The notes under the pieces: model-generated
The model's database searches: none
What the model saw: only the letters and a program-made list of their open reading frames with translations
Told to the model about the DNA's origin: nothing
NCBI GenBank assembly: GCA_951406725.2
Contig: OX597832.1
Coordinates: forward strand, 45,818,001 to 45,882,000
Origin: Octopus vulgaris
Taxonomy: Eukaryota
Length of the DNA stretch: 64,000 nt
Direction of reading: 5' to 3'
In this document: piece by piece, positions 57,884 to 64,000 of the stretch
How positions within the stretch are numbered: the first letter of the stretch is position 1
Layout: every line of letters starts with the position of its first letter
Program-made: the position numbers and the translations under genes

Positions 57884-58329
57884 GGATCTTTTCGGTTTGA
57901 ACGGCAGTTTTTAACATAATTTCTAGGTAGCTAAAAAAATTTTAAACTTCGTATACTGGTAGAATGTGTTTATAAAACATCTTTTTCTCTTGGCTTTATT
58001 GAGAAAATTCTATAGTTTGTAAGATATTTGTTGTTTTTTTTTCTTCAATTTCTGCAATTTCAACCAATCAATGACGTCTATTTGAGGTGAAAACATTCTG
58101 TGCCGTATGAATATGTCCCTCGTTTAAGAAACAGATTGGGTTTATTTACATTTCTGAAGAAAAAAGATAACCTTTCCCCCACCCCTAACCGTAACCCTAA
58201 CCGTAACTGTAACCCTAACTAACCCTAAAACAGATTGAAATGCAATAGATCGATACTAGGGTCATAATTATGGGTGACAATTTCATACGGCACCGCTAGA
58301 AAAAACTGCCGTTCAAACCGAAAAGATCC
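57884..58329. mobile_element. 446-bp MITE with perfect 29-bp TIRs and internal telomere-like repeats
   Basis: GGATCTTTTCGGTTTGAACGGCAGTTTTT at 57884-57912 and its reverse complement at 58301-58329; CCCTAA/CCGTAA repeats at 58183-58228; flanked by a 43-bp direct repeat. Confidence 0.9.
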
Positions 58330-59676
58330 GGAACTTTAAGTAAGTCACTTTAAATATATGTTAACAATCATTTCCAGTAACAAACCACAAAAGGAAATAT
58401 AAAGACGATCTACAAACTCAATTGAAAAAAATATAAAATGAAAAAGAGAGAAAAGAGGAAAATAAAAACGTAGTCCTATAGGAATTTACTATTAACAGAC
58501 ATTCAAACTATTCCAGGGGAACTACTTCAGTTACTAGAAGGCGCTCATAGGAGGAAATATTGACACCTCATAACATTAATTTAAAGGGAATTAACAGTTT
58601 TGTATAATATAAAATAGCCAGAATAGTTCTCTTAATATGAAATTGCTTGTTTCAATACACAGTCTCACATAAAGTTAATCGCTGCAGAGATACAAATATC
58701 TGAAGCTAGGTATTTAAAAATGTGTTGCTTAAATGCATCCTCTGTGCAATCTAATAATGGCTTCTTCCATTTTCCTCAGCCGTCGTCTGTTTATTGCCTC
58801 GTAATTCAAGTATCTACCTCTTGACAGAAATGTATGCTTTTAAATCGTTTTCAATTCCCCATGTTAGTTAGCTATTATCACAATATATTAAATTTAAAGA
58901 ATGAAAAGTGGGGTGTAATCTTATTAGATTCTCAGACACTTATTCCCTGAAAGTTTAATACTCTAGTTTTATAGATCGGTAATGGAAGGTGAAATGTACG
59001 TTTGTAGGAAACCTAATGTACAATTAATTCTTGATACAAATGTATGTTTTTGATCGTAATCGTATAACTACTTGAAATTGTAAAGGTTGTGTGAAAAACA
59101 ACTGTTATTTAAAGTTAAAACACACAACAGATTACATACATGCATGCATGCTTACATATATATACATTTAAACATACAAAGATGCATGCGTACATACATA
59201 TATATACATACAACGTACCAAGTTAAGATCCATTCAGCTAGATATCTTTGTGTGGGACTTCAAGGAAGGGATATGTTCTGTTGTGGAAATCAGCTGCCCT
59301 CTGGGTACCAATATGGTTTGGGCTTGGAAAATACGAGAGAAAGAGGACATCTATGGGCCATTGAAGACGAGTCTACAAAACCCAGTATCCAAGATACACT
59401 TTCAGCTTCGTACCTATTATCATTAGAGCAACAGGGTACATAAAAACGCGTCTGGAGCAAAGTATGGCCGAACTTGGGATATTGGGGAATGAATGCAAGT
59501 CATTAATTTGTAAGGTACAAATGATTACGATATCTAAGACTATCAAAATCTACGAGACTTTCTTAAGGTTTACAGGATGATAGCCAACACAAGATACTTT
59601 CCTTCACAACTTGCTACCAAGTATATATCCGGTTAAAATATTCTCTAAATTAAAAAAGAGAACAACACAAGCATAC

Positions 59677-59733
<57 letters not shown>

Positions 59734-59787
59734 TATATAAAATCATAGATACATACATGCATATATACATACATAAATATGGAGAGG

Positions 59788-60255
59788 CGAAAAAGACTAA
59801 ATGTTAACTCCCTGGAGCAAAGACGCGAGAGCTATGTAATAATCTATATATGAAAAATTTTGGAAGGGTTAGTACTTAATTTCGGCATAAAAAAGTGTAC
59901 AAATGCCAGAAGTGGAAGCCATTGTGTTGTACCAAATATGCCATTCATGCTATCTAAAATCAGGACTAAGTATTGCAAGAGCCTGTGGGTCTTTGAACCA
60001 CAGGTCAAACAAGAAATTAAGAAATTAAGAAATCTACACAATGTAGACGTCTTCAAAATAGAACTGGTCATACGTTTTTGTCCACGATATCAGACGAAAG
60101 ACCGTCTGCCATGAACAAAAGTCATGGGCAACAAGTTAAACTCCCTCATACACCAAATGGTCCAAGAACTAGGATCAATAAAGATGCAGGACTGGTGTGA
60201 TGGAATCCAACTGCCCTGAGCAAATCAGCTAAATGTGGAAGCTTTAAAAAAAAAC
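59788..60255 (+). pseudogene. Degenerate 3' end of a CR1-clade LINE (ORF2 C-terminus plus 3' UTR)
   Basis: [30 protein letters not shown]...LRNLHNVDVFK resembles the CR1-type L.SLE.RR.R..II..WKIL.GL motif; ends in a short A-run. Confidence 0.65.
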
Positions 60256-60551
60256 AGAACGAATTACGGTAGTGCTTCAACATAGCCGCAGCCGAATGAT
60301 TTAAAGGGATAAAGGAAATAAAAGAAATCTATAAGCTAATATATGTACATGTATACACACAAACACACACACACACACACATATATACATATATACATAT
60401 ATAAGGAAGAAATATTCATGAACGAACATTTAGATAGATATTATTATTGTTATTATTATCCAGGGTAATATAAATAATTGATAATAACAACAACAATAAT
60501 ACAAGTGGCAGCAGGCCTAAAATAGCATTACATAGCTATGGAATTAAAATT

Positions 60552-60723
60552 TATATCAATCATAAGAGCACATCAGTGCGCCTGCCTGCTAAAAAGAAGA
60601 GTTAAATCCCTCATTTAAACCACCAATAACAACACTGGAAATTACAATAGAAAATCAACAGTAGTCGGGCGAACGGGCCACGAAAAGAAAAAATAATCTT
60701 TCACATTCCTATGAGGCCCAATG

Positions 60724-60776
<53 letters not shown>

Positions 60777-60929
60777 AGTATTTGGATGCACGCGGAGCGG
60801 TTTCTGGTTTGACATACAGTTTTACCTTTCTGAGCACGTATTACCGGTTGAAAATTCTTAAGTGAGGGTTTTAACTCTTATTTCTAGCAGGCAGGCAGGC
60901 ACATTTGTGTGCCCTTATGATGGATATAT
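60552..60929. mobile_element. Old MITE-like element with ~65-bp imperfect inverted ends
   Basis: ATCATAAGAGCAC...GCCTGCCTGCTA...AAGAGTTAAATCCCTCATTTAA (60552-60618) mirrors TTAAGTGAGGGTTTTAACTCTT...TAGCAGGCAGGC...GTGCCCTTATGAT (60858-60929). Confidence 0.65.
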
Positions 60930-61315
60930 ATGAGTGTGTATGTGTGAGTGTTTATGTGTATATATATATTCAGATATGTATATATGTGTGTTTACACAGA
61001 CACACACACACGCAGGTAGATTCATAAGGGCACATAAGAATTAACTTGTGCTGAGATATTAGTGGATTCTTTACAGGATAGCTATGATTTAGGTTGCCCT
61101 ACACATTGCAGAGTTTCGAAATGATACACATAGTTACGTCTACGCATAGTAAATTCGTATACAACTCTCTCTATATTTTTCTCACTCTCAATTACATTGC
61201 TCAGAATAAGGATTCCATACATATATGCGTACATGTATACATACAGAGACACATGCATGAACAAACACATTCTTACAAACACATACGTACGCACATGCAT
61301 TCAGACCCATATATT

Positions 61316-61344
61316 GATAGATAGATAGACATACATACAGACAA

Positions 61345-61377
<33 letters not shown>

Positions 61378-61535
61378 CAGATAGATATATAGATAGATTG
61401 ATAGGTAGATAGGTAGATAGATTGATAGGTAGATAGATAGATAGATAGATAGATAGATCGATAGACAGATAGATAGATAGATAGATTGATAGGTAGATAG
61501 ATTGATAGGTAGATAGGTAGATAAGATAGATAGAT

Positions 61536-61568
<33 letters not shown>

Positions 61569-61718
61569 TGATAGGTAGATAGGTAGATAAGATAGATAGA
61601 TAAGATAGACAGATAGATAGATTGATAGATAGATAGGTAGATAGATAGATAGATAGACAGATAGATAGGTAGATAGATTGATAGGTAGATAGATAGATAG
61701 ATAGATATATAGATAGAT
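61316..61718. repeat. Degenerate (GATA)n microsatellite
   Basis: Directly visible. Confidence 0.95.
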
Positions 61719-62382
61719 ACGATATTTAAAGATTTTTACTTAATTCTTAGCGAGCAGTTACGAATGTTAATGTTCAAAATTGTAATTGTATTGGCGACCT
61801 TAAATTGGAAAACTTTCTACTGAGTCGCTTCGCAAGCTTTCAGCAAAGGAAAATACATTTCCTTCATTCGCTTCAATTTTCCAGTTGATTTTACAGAAGA
61901 AAATACAATTAATGTAGGATATACTGTAGTTTACGAATGACAGTGTTAGTGTGTGTATGTGTGTATGTATTTGTAATGAAGGAAGTACAAAGAAAATATA
62001 AGGACCTTTGGCAGTATAAAGTTTTGCCTGGGAGAAAAGCTCTTAGCTTGTAGGTTGTAGGAAGAGAACATTGCGTATTCTCCACGATTTTTATATGTGC
62101 AGATACACACACACAGCCACGCTCATACAGACACACAGCCACGCTCATACAGACACACATACCCACATAAACATTTGTTCACAGATGCTCATGCTACGGT
62201 GTACACGCACATGTTTTATTTTGTAACGCGTGATGCCCAAGAGCATGTATTTCGCCCTCGGTAATCTAAAACTAAAACTAATTATGTATGTGGATTGCGC
62301 TTTCATGCTTGAACTCTTCTAAAAAAGAATATTAAATTCACGTAATCTTACTAATTTTTAATAATATAATTATTTTATACAG

Positions 62383-62858
62383 TTATAATAATAATAATGA
62401 AATTATTGGATACAGTGCTCAGGTGCACCACAACTTTTCAGAAAGTGCGTATAAAGTACATGCAGTAATGTACAAATGTCTGGAAAGCGAACAGTGTATA
62501 TGAGTCAGATACATGCTTGTGTGTGTATGGAGGGGAGAAAATCAGGTGTAGTGTTGGCGAATCTCAGGAAGCATGGAAGTGTTGAAGGATGCAGTGCTCC
62601 GACAACTAACAACTGATGCCGGCAGTTTGTTCCATGCTTCAGCAACTCCCAGCGTGAAAAAATGTTTCCTAAAGTCATGGGAGCTGTGCTGTTTTCTGAC
62701 TTTGTAAACATGTCCACGGGTGTTAGACGGGTGGAGTTTGAAAAGGTGCTCAGAGTTATTGTTTTTAAGATGGTTGATAATTTTATGGGTGTCTGCCAAG
62801 TCAGCTGCCAGACGTCGGAGTTTCAATGTGTCCCTGCCCAGGGAAGTAAGGCGTTCAG
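62383..62858 (-). pseudogene. 5'-truncated CR1-clade LINE: ORF2 C-terminus, 3' UTR and (ATT)n tail
   Basis: LKLRRLAADLADTHKII...TRGHVYKV...RKHFFTLGVAEAWNKLPASVV.C.S..SF is the typical CR1/L2 C-terminal motif set; the element ends in an (ATT)n tail at 62383-62397. Confidence 0.85.
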
Positions 62859-63237
62859 TTAATTACTAAGCTCAGAATTATGCTCCGATCTAATAAATTT
62901 TTGTGAAATTTCATCGCACAACCATACTATCATGCTGTAGAACAATTTGCCAGTTTTGCCATTTATTATAAAATGTCAGTGTATTTACTTTCATTTCTCA
63001 CAATGTCTAGACTGCCAAATACACACGTTTTGGTTGCATATTGACATTTTGAAATAATAGAATACAAGAATATTTATCGACCAGCATTTATTCAATTAAC
63101 AGTATCATAAATTAGATCCGACACTGGAATGTAGACTTAAGGAAATAGTTTCCACTTAATGTAATGATATATGTAGAATGGCCTGATGTTAGAAAATATG
63201 AAGATGGATATGTCTTTACTTCATATTGAAACCTCAG

Positions 63238-63398
63238 AAACGTGGCTGTGTGGTAAAGGCGCTTGTTTCACAAACACATGGTTCCGGGTTCAATCCGACT
63301 TGGGTAAGTGTTTTCTTCCATTGCCTCGGGCCGCACAAAGCCTAGTTAGTGGATTTGGTAGACAGAAACTGAAAGAAGCTCGTCGTAAATATATACAT

Positions 63399-63446
<48 letters not shown>

Positions 63447-63650
63447 GTATGTATGTATGTATGTATACATTTGTGTGTCTGTGTTTGTTCACCCACCATC
63501 GCTAGACAACATATGCTGCTGTGTTTACGTCCTCCTAACTTAGCGGTTCGGCAAAAGAGACCGATAGAATGAGTACTAGGCTCACAAAGAATAAGTCTTC
63601 GGTTAAAGGCGCTGCTCCATCATGGCCGCAATCAAATGACTGAAACCTAG
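63238..63650 (+). mobile_element. SINE family A, diverged
   Basis: GTGGCTGTGTGGTAA...GGTTCAATCC...GTGGATTTGGTAGACAGAAACTGAAAGAAG...CATGGCCGCAATCAAATGACTGAAAC. Confidence 0.8.
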
Positions 63651-64000
63651 AAAAATCCTCAATTTGCATGATACCCTTAATATACGGATTAGAATTATTA
63701 GGCATTGATGTATGCAAAAATGAACTGGATACCAGTTCAAAAATGCTTCACATATTCGAATCCGTAAGAAAAATATTCATTGCATTTTTGTCGTGGAGAA
63801 AAATTATCGCTGTAGTCTTTTCCTCTGTGACATAATGCTGTGAAAGGCTCTCAGGCGGGTTCGAATATGTCTCAAGCCAGTTCGGCCTGATAATTCGTTT
63901 ATATTGGGGACTATTAATGTTATGACCAACATAGTAAATTCTAATTCATGTATTGTCACCGTTTGAAAATCAACTAATCAGATTAGATTTTAGTTTAGGG

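Overview
AT-rich eukaryotic non-coding DNA, either intronic or intergenic. The SINE families, dense TA/CA/GATA/TATG microsatellites and LINE remnants resemble what I know of octopus (coleoid cephalopod) genomes; this assignment is an inference and was not searched. No intact host protein-coding gene, rRNA, true tRNA or CRISPR array can be supported, and almost all listed ORFs are microsatellite read-through. Recognisable content: many tRNA-derived SINEs (one family in 184-bp tandem multimers, others with swapped heads and tails), four non-autonomous Helitron-type elements, a mariner relic built from two inverted 5' ends, a Penelope-like GIY-YIG relic, two CR1-type LINE 3' fragments and several MITEs. 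Three signals stand out. (1) Four divergent copies of a short (TA)n-embedded element have Penelope-like architecture (partial tandem, or inverted arm plus ~50-nt tail) and a conserved, covarying structure with no canonical hammerhead, making them a candidate new ribozyme or structured-RNA family. (2) Three other (TA)n-embedded families carry minimal hammerhead motifs with non-canonical cores. (3) A 446-bp TIR element with telomere-like repeats is flanked by a 43-bp direct duplication. All structures were judged by eye.
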